Position numbers and translations under genes: made by a program. A DNA stretch of 63,471 nt, filler included, from Folioceros fuciformis (taxonomy: Eukaryota), in assembly GCA_049999805.1 (NCBI GenBank). It is 10 parts of 10 records of this genome, joined end to end, with 100 filler letters (N's around TTAATTAATTAA, not from the genome) between each part and the next. Parts side by side here need not be neighbours in the genome. Positions count along the whole stretch, not along the records: positions 1 to 14,993 come from JBNGIO010005127.1; 9 more parts are not named here. One strand, given 5' to 3'. Below the pieces are notes generated by a model, which saw nothing but the letters and a program-made list of their open reading frames with translations, did no database searches and was not told the DNA's origin. This document shows, in pieces, positions 1 to 13,400 of this stretch. Position 1 is the first letter of the stretch; each line of letters opens with the position of its first letter.

Positions 1-929
1 AAAAGTTGTGCAGGGGAGGTTTGACAGGCTGAAGAGCATGGACTGAAGAAGAACGATGAGGAAACAGAAGGAGAGAAAAAGGAGTTAAGTGATCAAGTTT
101 TGAAAAAGGATCAGGAACTTAGCAAGGAGGAAGAAGAAGAAAGGGAGAGAAGACAGCAAAGTTTGCGATGTCTTATAATAGGGTGTTCTAGACCGGGTAG
201 TTGGAGCCAACTTGTAGTATTTTGTGATGACCTAATAGTGCTTGGAAGACATTTTTTAGATGTAAAAAGTTTAGTAGCGTGTTTAGGAAGAAAAGAGGGT
301 GCTTAGTATTCTTTAGGATACTAAGGGCTAACCCCATGAAGGCTAATGACTACCAGTAGCACCTAAAATATCATGGTTCGGAAGGAGAAAGGGTCTACCT
401 ACCATTGAAGTTGCTGACTCCACCTCTCCTGTCAATGTTGTTGTCGCTCTAGAATAATGGAAACCTCAGGTTTCGGGTTTAGAAGAATCTTGAAGAAGAT
501 TGAGCTGCACCTACTTATATTCCTTCTTGAGTAGAGAAGATTGGAGCCCTCGAACCTCCACCACAAGATGAGATGAAATTTAAGGCATAAGGGTCTCAGC
601 TACATAACAAAGAGAGTCCCAAGCTGATCTTATAGATAACTGCAAAGAGAGAGCACCCTCCTCAACACCAAGGACGAAGATTCCAAAATGCAGGCATCAT
701 AAATGAGAAAACAAGAAGCCAATACAAGAGCAGGAAGGACGCAACTCTCAAAAAATGTTGTCGGTGTTAATTTCTTCATCGCCAGCAAACCAATGCCTCC
801 AAACAAGAGAGGAAGAGATGCACATTACCTTGTAAGATCTCCGGCATCATATTTGAAAGTACCATAGCCGATTATATCGCCAAAAACCTACATGTTTCTA
901 CTGTCAAAGCTTCTCAAGCTTGCTAGGAA

Positions 930-2010
930 TATCAAAGAAGGAGGATTGTCCCGGGAAGGTACCTTTGTTGACGTGCAAAACATAAGAAGAGAATGCCCAA
1001 ATCCACGTGTGGGTCCCATAAATTGACAAGGTCATTCGCATAAGCTAGGTTCACCTCAAGGGCTGACACAAAGCCTTGGGCAAAGGTTGGAGGCCCCAAT
1101 GGAGGCCCGTAAAACCCCAAAGGCCTTGTAAAGAAATGATTTCACCCCCCGTAAAGAACGGAGGAGGCAATCTCATAGAAGCAAACCAAACCTTGCACTT
1201 AGAAATCTTCACCTTCACACTAGTGCGAGCTAATTATGAGGAAAAAAGCTCGAAAGCTTCCCTTGTACGATTTCCTAGCCCCAAAGTATGAATAAGCTAC
1301 ATAGCTATATAAGCAATAAAAAATCGACAAGGTAGTAACGAAAAGAGCTTTGAAGTGAGCCATCATAGAAAGGCCCCCTCCCCCCTTAAGGGATCACCCT
1401 TTATCTAACCTTTCGTTGAATTGATCATTAAACCCTCTCCACCGCCGAGCCATACTAGTAGTGGAAAAGGGAAGGTGACCTATAGAAGGAATGGACAAAA
1501 GGAATGAAGCTCACCAACAGCCCCCCAGCGCTCAAAAGCTCATCGAAAGTAATTACCATGGATATTGTGTTGAAGGCTTTTTCTACATCCACATGCACAA
1601 CGACCCACATAATCAAGGTGAGACTCAAGAAGTATCAAAACTCCAGACACGACCAATTCGCAACCTCTTCGGATTAGAATCGTGAATTAGTAAGAATTGA
1701 GATGAGACTAGAAATTATCCCAAAGCTGAATAACAATACTTCGACTAATGAGCCGCGAGAAAGCCTCTCCCACAATGGTCAGACGCACCCTAGGAGTGGC
1801 CTTTTCTATGGCTAGCAATCTACTTGTACCCAAAGCGTGTAAAACTTGAGGAGGAATTTCCTCCCTTGCAACCACAGTTGCTAAAAGAGATAGCTTTGAA
1901 AAACTATTAGAGAGATTCTCAAAAGAAAAGTAGTTATGAAAATGGTCATAAATTTTCCCTAATAAACCCCCAAAGGCATAGGGTAGATGTAAGGGCTCAC
2001 CCAAATATCG
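930..2010 (-). mobile_element. Degenerate non-LTR retrotransposon reverse transcriptase, CRE-clade-like (pseudogenised)
   Basis: Minus-strand frames give RT motifs in order: GTSRLLAIEK...VRLTIVGEAFSRLISR (ORF 1708..2004), CELVVSGV, WVVVHVDVEKAFNTIS (~1560-1607), a GDPL motif (~1385-1402) and LAYAND (YADD-like, ORF 932..1120). Stops and frameshifts interrupt it. Confidence 0.7.
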
Positions 2011-3483
2011 CCCTATCTAGGCAAAAAAACATCAAAACATCACAAAAAGGGAAGAGCATCAAAAGCCATTCATCAAGCTTCAAGCTTTAGGATAAAAGCA
2101 AACGCTGCTAATCTAGCTTGAGGATGGGAATTGCAAGAAATTGAGATCATTTTAACTTTGAGGTTTCAATTCTTTCAAAGGGGATCTTCATGGGTAAATT
2201 AAAACTTAGTAATCGAAAGCTACATGGTAATTTAAGACAACTATGTGGGATACATAAGAGAGCTTAAAGTTTCTTCCCTCATCACTTATTTTGCTTTTGA
2301 AGTGTGATTTTGTATGTGGTTTTCATAATGTATACTTTGGCTTTCGTTTAAAGTTCTCTAGTTCTTTTTTTAAGAAAGCTTGATTCAAGCCCTATGCAAG
2401 GGTACTCGAATAGCTAATTTTGAACAAGTAGGTGGATAGATTCAAAGCCTCAAAGTTTTGATCCCTTGATTACTAATCCAAATTTAGAAATATAACTTTA
2501 TATGATATTTACTTAAAGTTTTTTTTCCCTTAATTACTAATTCAAATTTAGAAATATAACTTTGTATGATATTTACTTACTTATTAATTTTGAACAAATA
2601 GAAAGACAAAAGATACAAAATTAGATGCATGATATATAGAATTTCTCCAAAGCTATCATAATCCTAGACCTTTTTTACATTTTATGTCTCCCTCCTTTCA
2701 TGGATTCTAATTGAATTCTTCTTTTGTAGCCTGCATTTCTCATAATCAGTAAAGTGCTCACAATACACTCGATGTATGGAATCTTGAGAGCTTGCTTTTA
2801 TTAATGCTTTTAGATTTCATACATGCATAAATTTGATGCATGCATGCCTCTCTTGCACATCTCATGCACGGGATGTGCAAGCCCTCTGTTGGCAGCATTA
2901 TATAGGATATGCAAGTTCTCTCCTCTCATCATTACCATTTGGCCTCTTTTTCCATTACATATTATTTTAGGTGAATAATATCCGATGTAGAAAATGACAT
3001 TAATTAATCAATGTAGAGAGGGCAAATAGGTGATAACACTCCTACATAAAAAGAAAGATTATATATTGTAGTTTATTGCTGGTACATAGAGCATCGAGAA
3101 AGGTAAGTATATGAGCCATCTAGCGGCATAGAGCTCCAAGTTTGGAGAGGGCAAAGTTTGGAGAGGGCAAGCTAAAGGTCGGACCATGCCTAGATGAAAT
3201 CTCGTAGCAATAGAAAGCTCCAAGTTCGGAGAGGGTAAGCCAAAGGTTAGACCATGCCTATATGAAATCTTGTAGCAATAGAAAAAGAGGCTTGTCAAAG
3301 GGTGGGACACTGTATAGGTCACATCTTGCAATAGTAAAAAAAGAACTTTGCCTTGGATGCAAGGCCAAGCAAAGCTATCAACGTGCTCGCTCACCTCCAT
3401 AAGAGTGGAGACGAGCTTTGCATCCCTATGCTACTCGAAGTCCATTAAAATTGGAGACGAGCTTCGCATCCCTATGTTACTCG

Positions 3484-3795
3484 AAGTCCATGAAAATTGA
3501 TCTTGCCAAAATAAGAAAAATAGCCCTAAGGAACGCATGGATATTGCTTGACATCTACAAAAATCAACCTTGCCAAAGAATGAAATACAATCCTAAGGAG
3601 GGGATAGAGGTTGCTTGAAGTCCACGGAAATCAACTTTAACAAAGAAGGAAATACAACCCTAAGGAATGGATAGAGGATGCTTAAAGTCCACTAAAATAG
3701 ACCTTGCCAAAGAAGGAAATATAGCCCCTAAGCAATTGATGGATGCTTCTTGAAGTACACAGAATTCGACCTTGTCAAAGAACAAAATATAGCAA
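3484..3795. repeat. Degenerate tandem repeat, ~67-bp unit, ~4.5 copies
   Basis: A unit like aagtcca...accttgccaaagaa..aaatatagccctaaggaa..gatag...tgcttga recurs at about 3484, 3551, 3618, 3685 and 3752. Confidence 0.75.
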
Positions 3796-4836
3796 AATAA
3801 AATAAGGAATCTATGGGGAATCTATGGTGTGAACCATTGTAAGGAAAAAGTACCCTCTCCAACCCTACGACAAAACACTCCAAAATGTGAGACGCTTGAT
3901 GAGAAACGGGACACTAGGACGGGGATGAGAGGCCCGATTGGCCAAAAGGGATAATAGGGTTTTGGTACAGGGTGAAGTTTGAAATGCTCTGTGTCCGTAT
4001 ACATGTGTACATTGTTTGTTACTAGGGTATGTGGCGTTGAAAGTTGCGTCCATCCTGGGGCCTTCCTTGGAGATGCTTGTTGGTGACATGTAGCAGATAA
4101 ATAGTGCAGTAGTCATGGTTTTTTAAGCGGCCAGGTCCCCTCCCGAGTGCTCTCCTCCATTTCCCTTCCCCCTCCCTTCCCTTCCCTTTCGGCCGTCCAG
4201 AGCCCAGGCAGTGAAGTGCGTGCTGATTGAGCGTATTCGAAATCTGCTGCGTCGCCGCCCAGACTTAATCTCTTTGCCCTTAAACCTGCGTGGCATTGGG
4301 AAGAGCATATAAGGTTGGGGAGGCAGGCGCGATCGTTACTTGCTGGACACGGTGGTCAGAGTGGCCCAAGCTGCTCATGGGGACCAGCAAGTTTTCGGAC
4401 CTCAGCACTCTTGTTTGCTGCTTCATCATCTCGTGAGTGGGTCGCCCGATTTGCGCTGTCTGCGCTGCGCCTGCATGGCTGCTTCTGGACACCCCTACTC
4501 CGCAGAAAGCGAATGCGAGGCGTCACTGTGAGAAAGATTCTAGGGTGGGATATGGAGTGTGAGCCTCCCGGGAAGGCGCTGTCCGATTTACGTGCCTGTG
4601 CATTCTTCCGCAGCTGCTGCTAGTGTCGGAGCCAGGTGCTGCCAGTGTGGATGAGTTTTTCTTTCCGGCCGCCGCTCCAGGGCTGCGCATCTTTGGTCTC
4701 TTGCCTCTCGCTGCCGTGTTGCTTTGCCTGCTTCGCGATTTTCGTGTAAATTATTAGGTGGCACTCGGGGGGTATATTTGCAAGTTCGGAGGGCGTCAGG
4801 CCGGAGAACACATCATTCTCACAAAGCGAGGTGGAA

Positions 4837-6810
4837 ATGGACAAGAGGAAGGTGCAGGTGCCGCTAGTGTGTCATGGGCATTCCAGGCCTATAGTGGATC
4901 TCTCTTACAGCCCTGTTACTCCCGATGGTTTCTTTCTTGTCAGCGCTAGCAAAGGTACTGTGGATTGGAGACATCTCAACGTTCGCCCAGCTGTTTTTCG
5001 AACATCGCCCTCTCACTCCGCTCTGCACCCTTCCCCATCCTGTGTCTACAGCCAAAGTATTGTGGCAGGATCGCAGGAATTGTCAACTGCGATCTCCTCA
5101 ACCCTAGAATGTCTGTGTCCGCCGTCAGTGCCGCATGTGTGCGCACGACAGGTGTTCCGCGGCTTCCTTCACACTGGCTGCCTTGAAACTCTTTTCGCTC
5201 ACCGGGGACTAGCTTTGCCTCAAGTCTCTTGACTGCTCTGTGAAGTGGCTGTAGCGCAGGTCTCGGGTTCGTTGTAGGCGAGCCTCAGTCAGCACACAAA
5301 ATTGTCTCGTCTCTCTAATTGCTAAGCTTCACGTCTTCCTGTCGTCCAGATGGGAAGCCCATGCTGAGGAATGGTGAGACCGGTGATTGGATTGGGACCT
5401 TCGAAGGACACAAGGGTGCTGTCTGGGGTGCTTGTCTTGATAGCCCTGCTCTTCGTGCAGCAACTGCTTCTGCCGATTTCAGCGCGTAAGGCCTCTATCT
5501 CTCTTCACCAAGCACCCAGGTGATTCTGTCTCGTGTATTGGGAGTACTTTATTAACCCTGTTGGTTTGTCTCGCAGGCGAGTTTGGGATGCTCTCACAGG
5601 AGATGAACTGCATTCCTTCGAGCACAAGCACATCGTCCGAACGTGTGCCTTTTCAGAGGTGTGCCATTGCAGGATGTGGGATTTCTGTCACCTATTATTA
5701 CCTGTTGGCCTTGCTTTCCTCTCTGCGACCTGAGCCCACATGCTGCTTTGTTGGTCGTCTGTCTTGCAGAGCACGACATCTCTGCTAACAGGCGGGGCCG
5801 AAAAAGTGCTCAGGATCTTTGATCTGGCTCGACCAGATGCACAGGCCACTGAAATTGAAGGCGCACCTGGCACTATCAGGACGGCAGTTTGGCATCACAG
5901 TGATCAGACAATTTTAAGCTCCTTCAATGACTCGGGTGGCGTTAGGTGTGGCTGCCTCGCAAATGCACTTTCGTGTCTTTATTTCTTGTGTTGTTCTTTA
6001 CGCCTCGATGACGACGTTGTAAGCGTTTCTCATGTGTTGGAGTTTTGCCCTTGTCATGTGAAGGGTTTGGGATGTGAGAACCGAGACCATTGTACGTATC
6101 TTGGAGACGAAGTCCCCTTGCACCAGTGTTGAGGTTAGCCGTGACGGTCAGTACATCACTACAGCGGATGGGAATAATGTCAAGTTCTGGGATGCAAATC
6201 AGTAAGTATGTTGATTCTAGGGTCAAGTGATTGAGCCTTCTCTGATTTTACTTTCTGGGTTTCTTGCTCTGACACGTTGAATTCTGCAGCTTTGGATTGG
6301 TAAAAAACTGTGCAATGCCTCGACCTGTGGAGACAGCGTCCCTGTATCCTGGACGGGGCAAATTCATCGCTGCTGGTGATGATATGTGGGTTCGACTTTT
6401 TGATTTTGAGACGGGGGATGAAATTGGTAAGCGAGATCTCTTGCTGTCTAAAATGACTCTTACGTCAACTTATCTGCCTTTTCCATTTAAGCCGCACGAA
6501 TTTCAAATGTGGGTCTTGTAATATGCTCGCAGAGTGCAACAAAGGTCACCATGGTCCAGTCCATTGTGTGCGATTCTCTCCTGGTGGCGAGTCATATGCA
6601 TCGGGGTCTGAAGATGGGACCATTCGAATCTGGCGTACTGTAGAAACTGGGGCTGATGAGTTTGAGGTAGGGGGTGCCGCTGCTTTTGAAACAGTTGGAG
6701 GTAAGATCAGAGTTGGTGTTGACGATGTTATAAGGAAAGTAGAGGGCTTTCACGTCTCAACGGACAACGGGCGGGATGAACGTCTGGAGAACGGCCTGAC
6801 CAAACAATAG
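4837..6810 (+). CDS. STRAP: Serine-threonine kinase receptor-associated protein (STRAP/UNRIP, WD40 repeat), 7 coding exons: 4837-4954, 5350-5485, 5577-5658, 5770-5945, 6064-6201, 6290-6426, 6533-6810
   Basis: The spliced translation reads [65 protein letters not shown]...[27 protein letters not shown]...[15 protein letters not shown]...[33 protein letters not shown], characteristic of plant STRAP. All six introns are GT-AG and keep the frame. Confidence 0.95.
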
Positions 6811-7492
6811 TTTCCTTTCGAGATCCCTGTAAAAAGGAGTGAGTTTTGAATAATCGTGTTTTAGGTTTTATAGTTGGAGGTAATGTCACTTGTGTTAACT
6901 TATGTGGAGTTAGAGATGAGGTTGTGAATACCAACTTGTAATCTAGGTTGTTCCTTGTTGGGTTGGTTGGATGTGGGGTAGTGCCATCAGCCAACTTCAT
7001 CTACCTCGGCGACTTAGGGTGCATACGCACCTGGCCCTGGTTGAGGTGTTGAAACTCCAATTGAAATCCCAGTTGAATACCTGGTGATGTACGCCTTCTG
7101 ACAGCCCGACTATGTGGGTTTGGCGTTTATGTTCTAGAGCCACGTTAGGGTACAGGATGTAGCCCGATAGACGTGCTTTTACACCGATAGCGAGTTAAGC
7201 GGGAGTTGTCGAGACGTCCTAGTGGCCATCGATTGTGGCTGCGGCCGAGTCGCTGTACCGAAGGTGATGTACGCAAGTTGAGAATCAAATGGTTATCACT
7301 CTTAACGGTGGACCATATGCTCCTGCTGCAGAAGGAAAACAGGCGCATCAACTGGCACGCGAGGTTGACAGACCTCCTATCCACTACATATGTAAGCATC
7401 TACGGCCGCGCACAGGCCATCAGAAGAAAAAACACATCCCGATCTACTACTCTCAAGCCGCATGCCAATGGCTAGCGACGATTGCTCCTTAC

Positions 7493-10400
7493 TTACACCA
7501 CAATTGTCCGATGTCCAGCTTTGAGCTTCTCTCTGATAGTGCTGAACTTTGCCTCCAACATATTGTTTCTTTCCTGCAAGATGTCAATAGACAAAGAGAG
7601 GTGCCTGATCGCCTCCCTCTTCTCCTCGGCTGCGCTGTCTATGATCTCCAACTGCTTCTCAGATTCAGCCTGAAGCCGGGCCAGTTCCTGTCGCAACTCC
7701 TCCATACTCTGATTCAACTTTGCAATGGATCGTTCCCCAAGTGTGCGCGAATTAGAGAGTTCTTCCCGCAATTGTTGCAACTGCAGTTGCAAACTAGAAA
7801 TCTGCGCCTCACTCTCCACCAGACCCGTCTTGTTCTGCTCCCCTAGACTTAAGAGAGTATCTTTCTCTTTACTTAACCTTTTCAATTCCTCACTTGCATC
7901 CTGAAGCCTTTCCTCCAAAGCTGAAACTTCAACGGCATTCTGTGCTGATACTCTTTTCTTTTCGTCCTCTAGATCGGCAATTCTCTGTTCCAATGTGACT
8001 TCAACCTTCTTGAGGGCTGCAATCTCGGAGTCGTATTCTGCAGAACTTTTCCGAGTCTTCTCCTCCATTGCCTGGAGTGTCTGCTCCTTCTGATTCACCG
8101 CTTCGCTCAGCTGCTTCAACTTTTCCTCGTAATCAACACCTTGATTTCGCCCGAGATCTTGCAAAGACACTACTTCGGCACGCAGCTTTTGAATTTCCAT
8201 CTGCAATACTGATACTTCTCTCTCCTTCACTTGCTTCTGGTTCTGTTTCTCCTCCTGGAGTGACACATTCTCTTGGTCCTTCTGCGAAATGGCACGGGAG
8301 GTTTCCACCTGTAGGGCAGTGATCTCCTCTTGCTTACTCTGCAAGCTTTTCGTTAATTCCTCATCTTTTCTTTTGAGCAAGGCTTCATGCTCCTCCCTCA
8401 GCTTCAGTAGCTTTTCGTTAGCACTCGACAAGTCCTCCTTTTTCCTCGCTTCCTCCAAAATCACCTTCTTGGATTTCTCGTTCTCCTCCAGTAATCTTGC
8501 GACCTCTGCCTGCAGATCTTCAATCCGTGTGGTAAACTCCTCCTCTCTTTCCTGCTGACCCGCTTGCAGTGAGGCAATGTCATTCCTCAAGTGCACAATC
8601 TGAGACTGAGCATCCGTGAGCTGAGCATCCTTCAAAGACATGTGTTCTTCATTTTGCAGAAGAAGGTTGGAAATTTCCTCCTCCTTCAAGAGCACTATCT
8701 CGGTGATTTTCCGCTGGACACTTGACAGGTCTGCATCTTTCGACTGTAAAGTCCTCTTTTGCTCTTCATCCTTTTCAGCGGTAGCCACTCTCAATTTTCT
8801 TATCTCCTCTAGCAAGCCGGATATTCCTCTATGTTGCTCCGATATTTTGTCATCCAGCTCAGCTGTTCGCTTCTTCTCGGCCTCTCGAAGGGCAACAATA
8901 GAAGCATTAAGCTTCCCAATGTCCTCCTGTAGAATGCTAATCTCTGCTTCCTTATCTTGAATCACAATATCTTGCAGCTCTTTCAACGTTGTCATCGCCA
9001 GGATGTCGGCATTCACCTTCTTCACGGTTGCCGCTGTTGATGTCTGCAGATCGTGTTGCAGTTCCGCCAATTTTTTAATCTCATTTTCCTTTGAGAGCAG
9101 TAGCTGGTCCTTCTCAGCAATAAGGTCATGAAGACTTATCTCCTCCTTTTGAAGTTCCCCTCGCAAAGTGGACACCTGTCTTTGCAAGAGCTGGGTTTTC
9201 TGGTCAAATTCTGTCTCCATTGTCTGATTGAGAGACTTCATCCTCGACAACTCCGCTTGCAGGTTCCTTTCCACCTCGGTCAAGCGTGCGGTTTCACCTT
9301 GCAGTTTGGCTAGTTGAGCTCCCTTTTCCTGCAGTTGCTTGTCATGCAGGTCCCTGAGTCTCAGCAGTTCTTTCTCACTCCCTGCTTTTACATTCTGAAT
9401 ATCTGCGTTAAGACCAGCAACCACTGAGTTACGCTCAGCAGCATCCTTCCTGCCTGCTTCTTGCAGAATCAAAATCTCTTCCTTTAACTTTGTCACTTGC
9501 GCCTGCAGTATGATGCCATCGGCTTCCCTCTCCTTGGACACAAGGGCATGCGCATCGCTCAACCTTGAAATTTCTGCCTGCATTTTTTTCAAGTCAGCTT
9601 CTCTCTCCACCAGAAACTTATGACTCTCTTCCCTCAGTCTCGAAAGCTCTTCTTCGTACGCATGCTTCATCGCATCTCGTTCTTCGACTAGACGAAAGAG
9701 CTTGGCATCTTTTTCCTTGATGATGGATTGCAACTCACCTTCCAGCCTTGCAATTTCGGCCTCCTTCGTGACCACCAGGTCCTGCTTCTCCGAAAGCAGC
9801 TTCGCAAACTCGGACTCCTTGAGTACCATTTTCTCTTGCAGTTTCTGCAGTTGCGCCCCCTTTTCCTCCAGGAATCGACTGGTTTCCTCTCGTAGAGAAG
9901 CAATAGCAGCCTCTTTGAGTTTCAACGTGCTTTCATTCTCCTCCCTGCTAGCTCTGATCAACGACTCATGCTCCTTTTGCAACTTCTGGACATGAATATT
10001 CGCTTCGGCTCTCAATTGGGCAACCTCCATCTCATGGTTTGATAAAAGAACCTTCCGGTCCTCTGTTCCCTTAGAGAGTTCAAGGAGAAGCTTCTCTCGG
10101 TCATCTTCCACAGTAGAGAGATCCTTGCGAAGCCCAGAGATCTGCAAAGCACATTCAGCTGCATCCTTTCTGCTGGCTTCGACCAAAGAAGAGATTTGCT
10201 CTCGCAACTTCTTGATTTGTTCTTCTAAAACGAGTGCATTTGCCTCCCTTTCCCTGCACACTTGAACATGAGCATCCGTTAGCCTAGAGATTTCTCCCTG
10301 CCTCCTTGCCAGTTCCACGTCTTTTTCTCCGACTAGCTTGTGATTTTCATCCCGCAGCCTGGATAGGCTTTCCTCATGGGAAGACTGCAACCGGTCCTTC

Positions 10401-13400
10401 TCCTCGGTGAAAATGACAAGCTTCGCGTCCCTATCGTTCGTGACAAACAGAAGTTCTGCCTCCAACTTGCGGATTTCTGACTCCTTCTCAATCACCAGGT
10501 CTTGCTTCTCTGCCAATGATCTCGAAAGCTCTGATTCCTTCGCAGCAAGCAACCCTTGCAGGTTCTGCAGTTCCTGAGCCAGTCGAGTCCCATCTGCTTT
10601 AAGATCGGAGATGTCTACTTCCTTGACTTTCAGCAATGTGTCATTTCTGTCCGTGATGCTCTTCATATGGGACTCGTGCTCCTTCCGCACCTCCTGCAGA
10701 CGAGCTTCTGCTTCGCTCCTTCTCTTCTTGTCACTTTCCTGCAGAGAGGCTACTTCCTCCCTGAGCTTTTCGATCTGCCCTTGAATGGCGCGAGTATCTG
10801 TCTCTCTGTCTCTACAGACTTGCTCATGCGCATCAGTTAGTCTGGCGATCTCCTCATGCTTCTTCGTCAGTTTTTCATCCCTTTCTCCTATCACAGTCTT
10901 CACCTCTGTTTCCAATCGGCTGATCTCTGCTTCCATCAAGTGCGTGAGATCCTGCTGCTCCACTGAGAGTTTAGAAAACTCCGACTCCTTCAAAGCCAGC
11001 AGTTCTTGCAACTTCCGAAGATCCTGTGACAGTCGATTAGTTTCCTCCTGCAAAGCAGAGATGTCTGCCTCCTTAGCTATGAGGTCACGCACACTCTTCT
11101 CCTTGACTATAGTGATCGAAGCTTCATGCTCTTGCTTTAAATCCTGCACATGCCGTTCTGCTTCAGCTTTCAGATGGGCAATTTCAGTTTCGTGAGAATC
11201 TATCAATGCCTTCTTTAATTCAGCTTCCTGAGAGAGGGAAAGGTGCAGCTTTTCCCGATCGCCTTCCAGAAAAGAGAGATCCTTCTGCAGGCTTGCTATC
11301 AGCAAAGTGTGCTCAGCTGCAGTTCTCTTTTCAGCTTCCTGAAGATAAGAAACTTCGTCCCTCAGCTTCTTGATTTGAGCTTGCAATATGAGACTGTCTG
11401 CCTCCTTTTCTTTGCACACTTGCCCATGAGCATCAGATAATCTAGAGACAGCAACTTCATGCTCTTTCTGTTTTTCCAGCAGCTGCATTTCTGTTTCAGA
11501 TTTCAGACGAACCAGTGTAGTTTCATGAGCTGCTAACACAGCCTTCTTGTCTTCAGCTTCCAGAGAAAGAGAACTTAGCAGCTTGTCGCGTTCGGATTCC
11601 AACTCCGATAGATCCTTCTGCAGTCTCGCCATCAGCGAAGCATGTTCAGCTGCAGTTTCCTTTGCAGCTTCCTGAAGAGAAGAGAGCTCGTCTGTCAACT
11701 TCTTGATTTGAGCTTGTAAGATGAGACTGTCTGCCTCCCTTTCTCTGCACAATTGCCCATGAGCATCAGTTAATCTGAAGACCTCTTCCTGCTTCCTCGT
11801 CAGTTCAGCCTCTTTTGCGACCAAGAGCTTGTCAGTTTCCTCCCTTAGCCTGGACAGCTGTTGCAATAGTCGATCACATTCCTCTCGTGACGAACGGATC
11901 TCTGCCTGTTTCGCCTTCACCACGGAATCGTGTTCCTCATTGACGGTTGAAATCATCAACTCGTGCTCCTTCAGCACGTCTTGCAGATGTGCATCAGCTT
12001 CGGCTTTAGTCTGGGAAATCTCAAGCTCGTGAGCCGCCGCCAAAGCCTTCTTGTCCTCAGATTCTTGACTCAGAGAGCGAATGAATTTTTCTCGCTCTTC
12101 TTCCAGACTGGAAATGTCTCTGCGAAGCCCAGAGATGATAACAGCATGCTCTTCTTCATTCTTTTCCTTAGTTTCCTGCAAGCAAGAGAAATCTTCCCTC
12201 AGCTTCTTCATTTGCTCTTGTAAGATGAGCTTATCAGCCTCTCTCTCCCTGCAGACCTGCCCATGCGCATCGGTCAGTCTGGAAATCTCCTCCTGTCTCT
12301 TCGTAAGCTCAGATTCCTTCTCCAGGTGGAGATTGTGACTCTCGATTCTGAGCTTGGACAACTCATCCTCAAGGGATGCCTTCAGAGTCTCTCGCTCTTC
12401 GACTAGATTCGCATGCTTGGCATCCTTTTCGAAGATAACATTTGAGAGTTCAGCATTGATTCTCGTGATCTCTATCTCCCTTGCCTGAAGCAACTCCTCT
12501 CTCCCTGCAACGGCGCTGACAAGCTCCGACTCACTTGAAGCCAGCAACTCTTGCAGCTTTTGCAGTTCGGCATCCTTCCCCTCAAGCGTCTCACGCAACG
12601 CCGAGAGATCAGCCTCCTTAAGTCTCAGGGCATCCTCTCTCTGTTTCGTGACGGTTGTAATGGCAACATCACTTTCCTTCAAGAGGTCATGCAGGCGGGC
12701 AATTTCAGCCTTGAGCTGGGAAATCTCCTTCTCAGAAGCCTGCAGCAAGGCTTCTTTGTTCTTGATTTCCTCGGAGTGGACAAGAACCAACTTCTCTCGC
12801 TCTTGCTGCATAGAAGAGACTTCGCTGTGGAGGCCAGAGACAAGCGCTGTATTCGTTTCCACGACTTCCTGGAGACGGGCTGTTTGATCTCTGAGTATTC
12901 TGATTTGCTCCTGCAGGTGAGCAACCTCTGTCTCCCGCTGCTTCGAGAGTTGGGCATGGGTCTCAGTCCATTTGCAGACCTCATCTTCCTTGGCTTGTAC
13001 TTCTTTGTGCAGAGAAGCGATTTCAGCCAATTTCTCCGAGAGCACCTGCTCGTGATCCCCGACAATCCGGGACAGCTCGACTTCCTTGTCTTTCCGGTGG
13101 TTCTCGTGGTCCTCCTTCAATTGCGTGAAATCTGCCTCCCGTATTGTAAGCAGGCTCTGCTTCTCCTCAATGCTGATCGTATGACTCCTGTTCTCCTCTT
13201 CCAGTCTAAGTATCGCCTGTTTCAGTTCTTCAATTTCTTCACTCAACTGAGCTACGCTTTCGGAGTTGACTGCTAGCTCTCTGAGCAAGATTTCAATCTC
13301 GTCACGCAGCGACCGGATCTCCCCTTCCTTCTTGTTGAGACGCTTTTCCTTCTCATCCTGCAAATTACGCACGTCTTCCTCCTTCAGAAGAATGGCACTC

